Source: Paracoccaceae bacterium (lineage in GTDB: Bacteria > Pseudomonadota > Alphaproteobacteria > Rhodobacterales > Rhodobacteraceae). Taken from it: a DNA stretch of 59,639 nt. The translations under genes were made by a program, and so were the position numbers. The notes beneath the pieces are model-generated. The model made no database searches, was not told where the DNA came from, and saw only the letters and a list, made by a program, of their open reading frames with translations. The DNA lies in assembly GCA_047639325.1 (NCBI GenBank), contig JBLINN010000001.1, positions 1 to 59,639 on the forward strand. The letters run 5' to 3'. Numbering within the stretch: position 1 is the stretch's first letter; the number at the start of each line of letters is the position of its first letter. Positions 8,860 through 18,531 of this stretch are shown piece after piece.

Positions 8860-9978
8860 ATGAAAATCGGATGCCCGAAAGAGATCAAACCGCAGGAATT
8901 TCGCGTCGGAATGACGCCAAACGCCGCGCATGAGGCGGTCAACCACGGCCACGAGGTTCTTATTGAAACTCAGGCCGGGGCAGGTTCCGGGTTTGACGAT
9001 GCGGCCTATATCGCAGCCGGGGCCACCATTTTGGACACCGCTGCCGAGGTGTTCGACACCGCCGACATGATCGTCAAGGTCAAGGAACCGCAGCCCGGCG
9101 AGCGTAAGATGCTGCGCGAAGGTCAGTTGTTATTCACCTATCTGCATCTGGCCCCCGACCCCGACCAGACCCGCGATTTGCTGGCCAGCGGCTGTACCGC
9201 GATTGCCTATGAAACCGTCACAGATGCACAGGGCGGCCTGCCGTTGCTGGCGCCGATGTCCGAGGTGGCGGGCAAGTTGGCGCCGCAGGTTGGCGCGTGG
9301 ACGCTGCAAAAGGCCAATGGCGGGCGCGGTGTGCTGATGGGCGGTGTGCCGGGTGTTGGCCCAGCGCAAGTTGTGGTGATTGGCGGCGGTGTCGTCGGCA
9401 CCCATGCGGCGCGTGTCGCTGCCGGAATGGGCGCGCATGTCACCGTTCTGGACCGGTCATTGCCCCGGATGCGCTATCTGGACGATGTGTTTGGCGGGAT
9501 GTTCCGCACCGGGTTCGCGTCTGCCGGATACACGGCAGAACTGGTGGCCGAGGCCGATCTGGTCGTAGGTGCCGTGCTGGTGCCCGGGGCCGCGGCGCCC
9601 AAGCTGGTGACCCGGGCGCAGCTGTCAACGATGAAGCCGGGGGCGGCGATTGTTGATGTGGCCATTGATCAGGGCGGGTGTTTTGAGACCTCGCATGCCA
9701 CTACGCATCAGGATCCGATCTATGAGGTGGATGGGATTATGCATTACTGCGTCGCCAACATGCCGGGGGCCGTAGCGCGCACGGCGACCATCGCGCTGGG
9801 CAATGCGACCATGCCGTTCCTGCTGGCGCTGGCGGACAAAGGGTGGAAACAGGCCTGTCTGGATGACCCACATTTGCTGGCCGGGTTGAACGTGCATGCC
9901 GGAGAGCTGACCTATTACGCTGTGGGCAAGGCGCTGGGGATCGACGTTGTGTCGCCCAATGTTGTGGTCAAAACCTGA
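8860..9978 (+). CDS. ald: Alanine dehydrogenase
   Basis: MKIGCPKEIKPQEFRVGMTP..., NAD site VVVIGGGVVGTHAARVAAGMGA. Start at ATG 8860 after AGGGAG. Confidence 0.92.
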   Translation: MKIGCPKEIKPQEFRVGMTPNAAHEAVNHGHEVLIETQAGAGSGFDDAAYIAAGATILDTAAEVFDTADMIVKVKEPQPGERKMLREGQLLFTYLHLAPDPDQTRDLLASGCTAIAYETVTDAQGGLPLLAPMSEVAGKLAPQVGAWTLQKANGGRGVLMGGVPGVGPAQVVVIGGGVVGTHAARVAAGMGAHVTVLDRSLPRMRYLDDVFGGMFRTGFASAGYTAELVAEADLVVGAVLVPGAAAPKLVTRAQLSTMKPGAAIVDVAIDQGGCFETSHATTHQDPIYEVDGIMHYCVANMPGAVARTATIALGNATMPFLLALADKGWKQACLDDPHLLAGLNVHAGELTYYAVGKALGIDVVSPNVVVKT

Positions 9979-9998
9979 CCTGAACGATCAGGCGAAAA

Positions 9999-10022
9999 CG
10001 CCGGGCAGAACACTGCCCGGCG
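9999..10022. terminator. Hairpin between convergent ald and sulfotransferase genes
   Basis: CGCCGGGCAG-aaca-CTGCCCGGCG, a perfect 10-bp stem. Confidence 0.5.
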
Positions 10023-10086
10023 TGTATTGAAACAGCCCAAAGCAGACCGCCACCTCCGAAGAACGAACGCTTTGACCTCTTGGATG

Positions 10087-10986
10087 CTACGTTGGAAGCA
10101 TGCCACCGTTTTCCAGCCACAATGCATCTTCGGTTGGCAGCAATTCCCCAAGCCGGGACCGATAGTCCGTCAAATCGCCGTCAGTCAACTTACCTTTCCA
10201 TTTTTGACTGCTGGCACTGTCAAAAAAGGCTGCCGGGTCCTTGAAAGTCGCTGAACTCTGCGCGTTTTGTTCGGACTTGCTTTTGGCGTTGGCCTGCATT
10301 CTGTCGAACTGAAGGCTCGCGGCGATTTCTTTCAAAATCGTTTCGTCCAAGTCGCACCCAAGCAGTGCCGCCATATTTTTTGTATGGCCCAAGAGGTCCT
10401 GTCGCATGTCGGCATAGTGGAAGATGTGCACATTTGGCAGGCCGGCAAATGATTTGAACAACCGATAGTGATGGACGATTGAGTCCAATGTGATGCCATC
10501 TGCCATCTCTGCACCAGGGCTTGTTCCCAGAAAGAACGCCAGCGAGTCTGAGGGGGCTTGGGGAAATCGATCCTGCATCAAATCAACATTTAAATTGGAG
10601 ACATGCCGACGCATCGAGAAATGAGCATCTAGCGGGTGTCTATAAACCGCTATGTAAGTGCAATCGGGATCGTAAGGTACGCCATCCAGCGGCGTGTGCG
10701 TCTTGATGCATCTTCTGTGGGACTGTGCTTGAAACATCTCTGCTATGGCCGACTGATCACGGAACCCCGGGTCAAGCCAGATCGACAGATCGTCCACCAG
10801 ACTGTCCATACCGGGTTTGCCAAAGATCAATGACAGAACCAAAGCCTGGGTCCACGTCGTGCCACATTTCGGTGGCGTCGACACAATCACATCTTCTGAA
10901 CGCAGCTCAAACCGGTCCCAAATCCGATTGTCCGTCACCCGGCTGATGTATGTCGCTGATTTGCTCGGCAGTTTCCCTGTGTCCAT
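10087..10986 (-). CDS. Sulfotransferase-domain protein (PAPS-dependent type)
   Basis: 5'-PSB-like motif STPPKCGTTWTQ. Start trimmed to ATG 10986 (MDTGKLPSKS...). Confidence 0.7.
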   Translation of the reverse strand: MDTGKLPSKSATYISRVTDNRIWDRFELRSEDVIVSTPPKCGTTWTQALVLSLIFGKPGMDSLVDDLSIWLDPGFRDQSAIAEMFQAQSHRRCIKTHTPLDGVPYDPDCTYIAVYRHPLDAHFSMRRHVSNLNVDLMQDRFPQAPSDSLAFFLGTSPGAEMADGITLDSIVHHYRLFKSFAGLPNVHIFHYADMRQDLLGHTKNMAALLGCDLDETILKEIAASLQFDRMQANAKSKSEQNAQSSATFKDPAAFFDSASSQKWKGKLTDGDLTDYRSRLGELLPTEDALWLENGGMLPT

Positions 10987-11260
10987 CAGATTCCCTTTCC
11001 TGTCTCGCTCATCCCCTCGACAGTAAGCCGTAGGGTGCGTGATTTCACGCCCATTTCTCCAAACCCACCCGCAATCACCCAAACGGGTGCGCGGCGGCGA
11101 GTGATCCCACGTAAATGGCCAGTCGCGGGCGGCGCGCAATACAGCATAAGCGTCTAAAACCGCATCAAAGACCTTGCTGAAACGTCGTCTGCAAGAATAG
11201 CATCAACAATTGCCCGCGCTATCTGCGTAAATTTTGTGACTTTTTGTAGGGAAAGACACG

Positions 11261-12427
11261 ATGCAAAACCGCTGGTTCATACTTTTTGTGTTGTTTTTTG
11301 CCCGCACGACAATGGCCTTTCAGTTCCAATCAGTCGCGGCTTTGTCACCGCTGATTATCGAAAACCTTGCCGCGACGCTTGTTGATATCGGGCTGCTGAT
11401 CGGGCTGTACCTTGGACCCGGTGTCATTGTGGCCACGCTTGGCGGCACCGTCGCGGGATGGTTTGGCGACAAACGCACCGTTTTTGCCAGCCTTGTTCTG
11501 ATGGTGGCAGGAAGCGTGCTGGTCGCCTACGGGCACACGCTGTCATGGGTCATGACGGGGCGTGTCGTATCCGGCGTTGGCGGCGTTGTGGTCAATGTCG
11601 TGATGACCAAAATGGTGATCGACTGGTTCGCCGGTCGCAATGTTGCGACGGCTTTGTCGATCTTCATCAGCTCGTACCCGTTAGGGATTGCTTTGGCCTT
11701 GCTGGTTCTGCCCAGACTGGCCGAAGTGGGTGGATTGGACCTGGCATGGGGCGCCGTGTCCGTCGCAACAGCGCTGGCTATGATACTGTTTGGCATGGTC
11801 TACCGAACGCCTCCCGGGGCGGTCGCGGGCAGCGTCAAACTAAGCGCGTCCGCTCTGCCATGGCTGCCGCTGACGTCTGTGGCTGTGCTTTGGGGGCTAT
11901 ACAACGCCGCGTTCGCGATGATTTTTGGCTTTGGAACACTCATATTGGTCGGACGCGGGCTTAGCGTTACGGACGCCAGTTCAGCGACCAGTATTCACAT
12001 GTTGACGGGGACTGTTGCCATTCCCCTGGGGGGATGGATCGCGGATCGGACCGGTCGGCGCTATACCGTGATCCTGGTCAGCCTGATTTCTGGCGTCGTT
12101 TTGTTTCCGGCACTTCTTTATTTGCCGGTTTCCTATGCTGGCGTGCTGCTTGGTTTGGGCGGATTGTTTGTCGGGCTGTCGCCTGGGCCAATTGTCAGCC
12201 TGCCGTCTTACATCCTGCCGCCGCAAGCCCGGGCCTTTGGCACGGGTGTCTTCTATTCAATGTACTATGCCTTGATGATGATCGCCCCGCCGATGGCCGG
12301 AGCGATTGCTGATCGCGTCAACGACGTCAGCGTGGCTTTCCTTTTGGGGTCCGGCATGATGGTTGCCGCAATCCTGGCGCTGGTGGCGTTTCACCGGACA
12401 GCAACTGCACCGCCGACGGGCAGCTGA
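11261..12427 (+). CDS. MFS transporter
   Basis: About 12 hydrophobic segments and a G-rich MFS-like loop (GGTVAGWFGDKRTV). Confidence 0.8.
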   Translation: MQNRWFILFVLFFARTTMAFQFQSVAALSPLIIENLAATLVDIGLLIGLYLGPGVIVATLGGTVAGWFGDKRTVFASLVLMVAGSVLVAYGHTLSWVMTGRVVSGVGGVVVNVVMTKMVIDWFAGRNVATALSIFISSYPLGIALALLVLPRLAEVGGLDLAWGAVSVATALAMILFGMVYRTPPGAVAGSVKLSASALPWLPLTSVAVLWGLYNAAFAMIFGFGTLILVGRGLSVTDASSATSIHMLTGTVAIPLGGWIADRTGRRYTVILVSLISGVVLFPALLYLPVSYAGVLLGLGGLFVGLSPGPIVSLPSYILPPQARAFGTGVFYSMYYALMMIAPPMAGAIADRVNDVSVAFLLGSGMMVAAILALVAFHRTATAPPTGS

Positions 12428-12545
12428 CGTCACAGGGGTGCATTGGTATCCAGAACTGTCTTTGACAGTGCGATGTCGCGGCTTATCCAAACAGGGACAG
12501 TCCAAGAGCTTTTCTTGGAGGTGGCAGAACCTATCAGACCGCACC

Positions 12546-12569
12546 GGTCCCCGCCCCGGGGCGGGGACC
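12546..12569. terminator. Perfect 24-nt GC palindrome between convergent MFS and mscS-family genes
   Basis: GGTCCCCGCCCCGGGGCGGGGACC, followed by a second hairpin GTGCCAG-cggctct-gaCTGGCAC. Confidence 0.45.
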
Positions 12570-12651
12570 TGTTGTAGTGCCAGCGGCTCTGACTGGCACA
12601 CACACGATTAGGGCGCCATTCCTGTGAAACAAGCCGTGACTTGCACCGCAA

Positions 12652-13458
12652 TCAACCCTGTTTTTGAATCTCGACCGAATGCGGATAGGGGATGGAAATG
12701 CCCTTGGCGTCAAAGGCCTCTTTCACCGTCTTCAGCATGTCGAATTTCAGATCCCAGTAGTCATCCGCCGCGCACCACAACCGCACCCCGATATCGACCG
12801 AGCTGTCGCCCAGATTGGTCACGCGCGTCCAGGGTTCCGGATCGTCCAGCACCCGAGTATCCGCAGCCGCCAGATCAAGGATGATCTTCATCGCGTCGCC
12901 AGCATTATCGCCATAGTCGATCCCAAACAGGTAATCGACGCGGCGGGTTTTATGCGCTGAATAGTTGGTGATGACAGCGCCCCAAGCCTGACCGTTGGGG
13001 ACGATGATCTGCACGTTATCCGGCGTCACCAGTTCGGTCACAAACAGGTTCAGGTCCTTCACCGTGCCTCTCGTGCCCGCGATATCCACATATTGCCCCA
13101 GCTTATAGGGCCGGAACAGCACCAGCATAAACCCGGCAGCCAGATCGCTTAGCGTGCCCTGCAATGCCAGCCCGATGGCCAGCGTCGCCGCACCCATCAT
13201 CGCCACAAGGCTGGTGGCCTCGATCCCGAAGATGCCCATCACGGCAATCAGAACGATCAGCAAAATGATCCATTTGACAATGCTGGCCGCGAAATTCCCC
13301 AATGTAGGGTCGATTTCCGGGCGCGCGCTGACCCGGCGGCGGATAAAGCCAGCCAGCATCCCCGCCACGGTCCAGCCGACGATCAAAAGGACCAGGGCCT
13401 TTGCAGCATCCATCAGAAACGGGCCAAATCCACCCAATTGTTCAATCATGTCGAGCAT
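12652..13458 (-). CDS. Small-conductance mechanosensitive channel (MscS family)
   Basis: Three N-terminal TM helices, then LFRPYKLGQYVDIAGTRGTVKDLNLFVTELVTPDN, the MscS beta-domain signature. Confidence 0.85.
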   Translation of the reverse strand: MLDMIEQLGGFGPFLMDAAKALVLLIVGWTVAGMLAGFIRRRVSARPEIDPTLGNFAASIVKWIILLIVLIAVMGIFGIEATSLVAMMGAATLAIGLALQGTLSDLAAGFMLVLFRPYKLGQYVDIAGTRGTVKDLNLFVTELVTPDNVQIIVPNGQAWGAVITNYSAHKTRRVDYLFGIDYGDNAGDAMKIILDLAAADTRVLDDPEPWTRVTNLGDSSVDIGVRLWCAADDYWDLKFDMLKTVKEAFDAKGISIPYPHSVEIQKQG

Positions 13459-13561
13459 CTGGCTCTCCTGTTGTTATCGTGTATTTTCCCTACCCGGACC
13501 CTTGCAGAAAAAGCCCTGTGGTCAGGATAGGTGGTTTTGGTTGGTTACAATAGAAAATACC

Positions 13562-13584
13562 AGCCTCCACGATCTGTGGAAGCC
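13562..13584 (-). terminator. Putative intrinsic terminator of mscL
   Basis: On the minus strand GGCUUCCAC-agauc-GUGGAGGCU (two G-U pairs), followed by GGUAUUUUCUAUU. Confidence 0.45.
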
Positions 13585-13614
13585 AGTTTAGTATCTAATC
13601 CTTAGCGGGACGGG

Positions 13615-14078
13615 TTACTTTTTCAAAGCGTCCCGGATTTCTGTCAGCATGTCCAACTCGGTCGGACCTGCGGGGGCCTCTTCGACGGGTGCTTCTTCTT
13701 TCTCGGCCTCGGCTTTGGCTTTGGCTTTGGCTTTGGCTTTGGCTTTGGCTTTGGCTTTGTTAACATAACGCACCAGCATGAACACAACCCACGCGATGAT
13801 CAAAAAGTTGATCACGGCCATAATGAACGCCCCATAGGCAAACGCGGCGGCACCGGCCTCGCGCGCGGCCTCTAGCGAGGCAAAGATCGTGCCATCCCGC
13901 CGAGGATCAGGAATTTGTTAGTGAAATCAACGCCACCCATGAACAACCCGATGATTGGATTGATCAGATCAGCGACCATCGATTTCACAATCGCCGTAAA
14001 GGCAGCACCGATAATGATACCGACGGCCATATCCATCACATTGCCCTTGGCAATGAAATCTTTGAGTTCTTTTAGCAT
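13615..14078 (-). pseudogene. mscL: Large-conductance mechanosensitive channel mscL, split by a 1-nt frameshift
   Basis: ORF 13872-14078 holds the MscL N-terminus ([27 protein letters not shown]...). ORF 13615-13821 holds the C-terminus (...[15 protein letters not shown]). Shifting the frame at the G-run near 13896-13899 restores ...[38 protein letters not shown]... Confidence 0.8.
13711..13758. repeat. Perfect hexanucleotide microsatellite (GGCTTT)x8 inside mscL
   Basis: Eight uninterrupted GGCTTT units, encoding (KA)8 on the minus strand. Confidence 0.95.
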
Positions 14079-14216
14079 TTTTCGCTCCTTTCGCTCCTTT
14101 CGTTATTTTTTCTCTGGTTCCGCACTACACATAAGATGCAGCAAAAATACACATATCTTTCCTTGTTTCGAAGGCGAACTATCATAGCTTTAACGCACGC
14201 AACGTCAGGAGACCTT

Positions 14217-14915
14217 ATGACCGATCTTTCCCAATTCCCGATCACTCGCAAATGGCCTGCCGCCAACCCGGATGTCGTGCAGCTGTATTCGTTCCCCACC
14301 CCAAACGGCGTGAAGGCGTCGATCATGCTGGAAGAAATCGGCCTGCCTTACGAGGCGCACAAAGTCACCCTGTCGGACGCTGATGTCAAAAGCCCGGAAT
14401 TTCTGTCGTTGAACCCCAACAACAAGATCCCCGCCATCATCGACCCGCACGGACCGGATGGCGCCCCCATCGGCCTGTTCGAAAGCGGCGCGATCCTGAT
14501 TTATCTAGCGGAAAAATCCGGCAAATTGATGGGGTCAAACCCGGTGGAAAAGGCCAAGATCATCCAATGGTTGATGTTCCAGATGGGCGGGCTGGGGCCG
14601 ATGCTGGGCCAACTTGGATTTTTCTTCAAGTTCGCCGGGTCCGCCATCGAAGACCCACGCCCGCGCGACCGCTATATCAACGAATCCAAGCGCCTGCTGG
14701 CGGTTCTGGAAAAGCAGCTGGACGGGCAGGACTGGGTCGCCGGGGATTATTCCATCGCCGATATCGCCATCGCGCCGTGGCTGCGGGCAATTGATTTTTA
14801 CGAAGCAGGTGCCGTGCTGGACTGGGATGGCCATCCCAATCTGGACGCCTATCTGGACCGGTTCCTGGAACGCCCAGCCGTGCAAAAAGGCCTGGTGACC
14901 CCGCCGCGCGACTAG
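14217..14915 (+). CDS. Glutathione S-transferase, Nu-class (YfcG/YghU-like)
   Basis: LYSFPTPNGVKASIMLEEIGLPYEAHKV...NPNNKIPAIIDP...LFESGAILIYLAEKSG. Start at ATG 14217 after AGGAG. Confidence 0.85.
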   Translation: MTDLSQFPITRKWPAANPDVVQLYSFPTPNGVKASIMLEEIGLPYEAHKVTLSDADVKSPEFLSLNPNNKIPAIIDPHGPDGAPIGLFESGAILIYLAEKSGKLMGSNPVEKAKIIQWLMFQMGGLGPMLGQLGFFFKFAGSAIEDPRPRDRYINESKRLLAVLEKQLDGQDWVAGDYSIADIAIAPWLRAIDFYEAGAVLDWDGHPNLDAYLDRFLERPAVQKGLVTPPRD

Positions 14916-14944
14916 ATCGCGCGGCTTCACCCATATCAGACCCA

Positions 14945-14971
14945 AACCCGGCCTACACGGCCGGGTTTTTT
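14945..14971 (+). terminator. Intrinsic terminator after the GST gene
   Basis: AACCCGGCC-tacac-GGCCGGGTT followed by TTTT. Confidence 0.6.
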
Positions 14972-15788
14972 ATCCGCCCAACTTGGCGTGCACTCTTTTC
15001 AGGTCAATTTCACCCAACGGCATCTTGTTGCCGGGGTTTTCAAAGTCATAGTTGAACAGCTCAAAATCGTTCTTGTAGATTTCATAGACCAGATGCATCG
15101 ACAGATCGTCAAAGTAATCCTCGATCGGATGGGCACGCTTTGGCCCATGGCCTTCGGATTCGTTGAACCGCGGGATTGTCTCCAGATCGATTGAATGCGG
15201 CGTGTCGATGGATTTCAGCACATCAGCCATGCCTTCGTTAAATGACTCTGTCCAGATGATCTTGTCATAGCTGCCGCCATTGGTGACAAAGGTCGACACA
15301 TGGCCCGACATCGCCGACCAGTGAATATCCGGGTCCATCGGGCGGCGCCAACGGATGGTGTCGCGGGCAAACAGCAGGAACCGGCGGAACGACTGGATCT
15401 GGTCAAACTCTTCCTTGCCATCCTCGCCACCGACCTCGACCCCATAATTATAGATCAGCGTCGGCACCAGATTGCCGCGATAGCGTTTGCCATTGCGCTG
15501 GATGCCGCAAATCTTGTCGAAGAACGACGACAGGATGCGGGTATAGGGGTTTCGCACGCAAGTGAACGAGTATGACTTGTGCCCCTTTACGTTGCTGGTG
15601 ATCGGTGCCTGACTTTCCTCAAGCGCCCATTTGTGCATGCCTGACTGCGCATCGTGGATGTCGCCGTCGAAAAATTCGCCGTGGTCGGAATAGAACATGA
15701 TCTGACCAATGGTCGAACAGGCGCATTTCGGGACAACCCGATACACCATGCTTTCTGTTGTCGTCATCCAAGTGCCTGGAAACCCCAT
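14970..15788 (-). CDS. Sulfotransferase-family protein (family-2/NodH-like)
   Basis: YRVVPKCACSTIGQ N-terminal PAPS-loop-like motif. AAGGAGG sits 8 nt upstream of ATG 15788. Confidence 0.55.
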   Translation of the reverse strand: MGFPGTWMTTTESMVYRVVPKCACSTIGQIMFYSDHGEFFDGDIHDAQSGMHKWALEESQAPITSNVKGHKSYSFTCVRNPYTRILSSFFDKICGIQRNGKRYRGNLVPTLIYNYGVEVGGEDGKEEFDQIQSFRRFLLFARDTIRWRRPMDPDIHWSAMSGHVSTFVTNGGSYDKIIWTESFNEGMADVLKSIDTPHSIDLETIPRFNESEGHGPKRAHPIEDYFDDLSMHLVYEIYKNDFELFNYDFENPGNKMPLGEIDLKRVHAKLGG

Positions 15789-15936
15789 CTGCCTTGCCTC
15801 CTTGCCCTGCTTTTCCCCGAAATTGAGGTTGCAGGCCTCTTGTCGCCTAAAAAAGCAAATAAAGCTGGTTTATTCAATCGCTCTTCACCTTTATCAAGAT
15901 AAACAATGAGCAAGTAAAAGGTGTATCGTTTCCAAA

Positions 15937-17514
15937 ATGACAAAAATTGCGTATATCTTGCTGTGCCACAAGGATCCCGAGGCCGTTATCCAGCAGGCCG
16001 AGTTGCTGACAGCGGCTGGCGACTATATGGCGATTCACTTTGACGCCCGCGCCAAATCTGGCCATTTTCACAAAATTCATACCGCGCTGACCGACAACCC
16101 CAACGTGGTGTTCGCAACCAAACGGATCAAATGCGGCTGGGGGGAATGGTCTTTGGTGCAGGCCACCCTGTACGCGGTCGAGGCGGCGGCACATGCGTTT
16201 CCGCGCGCCACGCATTTCTACATGCTGTCGGGCGATTGCATGGCGATCAAGACGGCGGAGTACGCGCATCAGTTCCTAGATCAGAACGACGTCGATTTTG
16301 TCGAAAGCTTCGACTTTTTCGAAAGCGACTGGATCAAGACCGGGATGAAGGAAGACCGGCTGATCTATCGCCACTACTTTAACGAACGCAAACACAAGTC
16401 GTTGTTTTATGCGTCGGTCAATCTGCAACGCAAACTGGGCCTGACGCGCCAGTTGCCCGCCGATGTAGAGGTGCAGATTGGCAGCCAATGGTGGTGTCTG
16501 CGCCGCCGCACCATCGAGTGGATTCTGGATTTCACCCGGAAGCGCAAGGATGTGATGCGGTTTTTTCGCTCGACATGGATTCCGGACGAGACGTTTTTTC
16601 AGACGCTGGTGCGCCATCTGGTCCCCGAGACCGAGATTGAGACGCGCAACCTGACCTTCCTGATGTTTTCCGACTACGGCATGCCGATCTCTTTTTATAA
16701 CGACCATTATGACCTGCTACTAAGCCAGGACTTCTTGTTTGCCCGCAAGATCAGCCCCGAGGCCAAAGAGCTGAAGGCGCGGTTGGGGCGGCTATATGCA
16801 GCGCAGGACGTGAATTTCGAGATCTCGAACGAAGGCCGCAGCCTGTTCAGGTTCCTGACCGGGCGCGGGCGCATCGGGCGGCGATTTTCGATGCGGTTCT
16901 GGGAAACCGAAAGCACGCTGGGGCGTGAACGCGAATTGATGATCGTGGTGTGTAAAAAGTGGCATGTGGCCAAGCGGTTGCTGGAACAGATCCGCAAGGT
17001 GACCAATATACCGGCCATCGAATACCTGTTCACCGAAGAAGACACGCCCCTGCCCGATCTGGGCGGCATTCAAAGCACGTTGGAAAAGCGCACCCGCCAC
17101 CGGCGCGCCCTGATGCGGATGCTGTTTGAATATTACGAAACCGACCGGTTGATCGTCTGTATGGACCCGTCCAATCTGGACCTGATGAATGACTTTTTCT
17201 CGGACCGGTCAACCACCCGGATGCTAGAGGTCGAATGCCAGTTCTCAGAGGAATATCTGGGCGGTCACGCGCGCCGCGTCGGGCTGGCCGGGGACCGCAC
17301 CAGCCAGGGCACGCTGGACCGGCTGTTGCCGACGATCCGCGACGACATGGTCTATGAATCCGACCGCATCCGCGATGCGGATTTTGAACGCTATTCCCGT
17401 ATTCAGGAAACCGATGCCCCCGAGAACAACGCGGAAAAGCTGGCCGCGTTTCTGACAATCTCGCAGGACAAGGCCCTGCAGATTGCCCAGTCGGAACACC
17501 TGTTCGCGGACTAA
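15937..17514 (+). CDS. Glycosyltransferase family 14 (core-2/I-branching type) with a long C-terminal extension
   Basis: KIAYILLCHKDPEAVIQQAELL...FYMLSGDCMAIK...GSQWWCLRRRTIEWILDF is typical of branching-enzyme-type GT14. About 250 extra C-terminal residues. Confidence 0.65.
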   Translation: MTKIAYILLCHKDPEAVIQQAELLTAAGDYMAIHFDARAKSGHFHKIHTALTDNPNVVFATKRIKCGWGEWSLVQATLYAVEAAAHAFPRATHFYMLSGDCMAIKTAEYAHQFLDQNDVDFVESFDFFESDWIKTGMKEDRLIYRHYFNERKHKSLFYASVNLQRKLGLTRQLPADVEVQIGSQWWCLRRRTIEWILDFTRKRKDVMRFFRSTWIPDETFFQTLVRHLVPETEIETRNLTFLMFSDYGMPISFYNDHYDLLLSQDFLFARKISPEAKELKARLGRLYAAQDVNFEISNEGRSLFRFLTGRGRIGRRFSMRFWETESTLGRERELMIVVCKKWHVAKRLLEQIRKVTNIPAIEYLFTEEDTPLPDLGGIQSTLEKRTRHRRALMRMLFEYYETDRLIVCMDPSNLDLMNDFFSDRSTTRMLEVECQFSEEYLGGHARRVGLAGDRTSQGTLDRLLPTIRDDMVYESDRIRDADFERYSRIQETDAPENNAEKLAAFLTISQDKALQIAQSEHLFAD

Positions 17515-17568
17515 CCGCCCAAACAACTTTTGGATCACACCGGTGATCTGCCGCCAGGTCGTCGCACT

Positions 17569-18243
17569 TTATTTGCGCCAAGTATTGATCCAGCGCCGCA
17601 CCCGACCGCCCTTTTCGGCCACCGCATCGCTGGCCGCATCCAGGCTTTCGCCCATTTCCAACATAGCCGGATCAATGGTGCGTTCCCGAAATTGTCGCCA
17701 CATCGCGCGCAGGAACAAGTAGGCCGCGATCAGGAAAACAAAGAAGAAAATGTTGAACCACGGGATGATCCGGACATCCGGCCCTTCGACCGCGCGAATG
17801 CCAATCGCGTTGGGATAGATCGACAGATATTTGTTGCGCCAGCCATAATGCGTCAAGACCGCCCATTGTTCCGCCCCCGACACCGACACTTCTGCGACCG
17901 CCTCTGCCTGAAGGTCAGAACTGTCAAACTTGAAATAGGGCGGCCAGATCCAGCCGGTATCCTCGTTGCGATAGACCATGACCTTGGACGAGTCGCGCGG
18001 GACAAAACCAAACAGAAAGGTGCTTTTCTTCTCGGTATAGATCAACCGCAGATCGCGCGTGACCAGTTCGGCGCTGCCGCTATCGGCCTGCGCGTAAAAC
18101 CAGCGGTTCAGCCAGGTGAAATCGGTGCGGATCACTTCGGTGGACGTGACCCTGACAATGTCATGCTGCGGCAGAACATAGTGGAAAAAACCGCCTACCA
18201 GCAGGCAAACCAGCGCGATGAAGGTATTCTTGATTTTACGCAT
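17569..18243 (-). CDS. DUF1523-like membrane-anchored protein
   Basis: N- and C-terminal TM segments. The family name is from memory only. Confidence 0.5.
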   Translation of the reverse strand: MRKIKNTFIALVCLLVGGFFHYVLPQHDIVRVTSTEVIRTDFTWLNRWFYAQADSGSAELVTRDLRLIYTEKKSTFLFGFVPRDSSKVMVYRNEDTGWIWPPYFKFDSSDLQAEAVAEVSVSGAEQWAVLTHYGWRNKYLSIYPNAIGIRAVEGPDVRIIPWFNIFFFVFLIAAYLFLRAMWRQFRERTIDPAMLEMGESLDAASDAVAEKGGRVRRWINTWRK

Positions 18244-18252
18244 TCCAGTGCC

Positions 18253-18528
18253 TCAATTATACGACGTCAGAAAGTGGATCACCGCAACCAGAACGGTTGG
18301 AATCACATAGACCAGCAAGATCAGTTTGGGACGGATACCGGCATTATATTGGGAAATGCCGGCCTCGACAAACGCGTCGCGCGCGGTCTCGTCGGGCGAA
18401 TCCGGGTTGTCCTGATCCCACACCTTTTCCAGCTTTTCGCGGCGCACCGACCGGGAATAGATCGCGATCATAAAATACACTGCGGTCAGGCCGATGAAGC
18501 CAAAGAAAACCAGTCGTACTAATCCCAC
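18253..18528 (-). CDS. Small two-TM membrane protein
   Basis: Two hydrophobic helices flank a charged loop. Sits 3 nt and 9 nt from its neighbours. Confidence 0.5.
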   Translation of the reverse strand: MGLVRLVFFGFIGLTAVYFMIAIYSRSVRREKLEKVWDQDNPDSPDETARDAFVEAGISQYNAGIRPKLILLVYVIPTVLVAVIHFLTSYN

Positions 18529-18531
18529 CTT

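Noticed and set aside
13711-13758. Possible CRISPR or non-coding minisatellite
   Set aside because: The units are 6 bp and contiguous without spacers. They lie inside the mscL reading frame and encode (KA)8.
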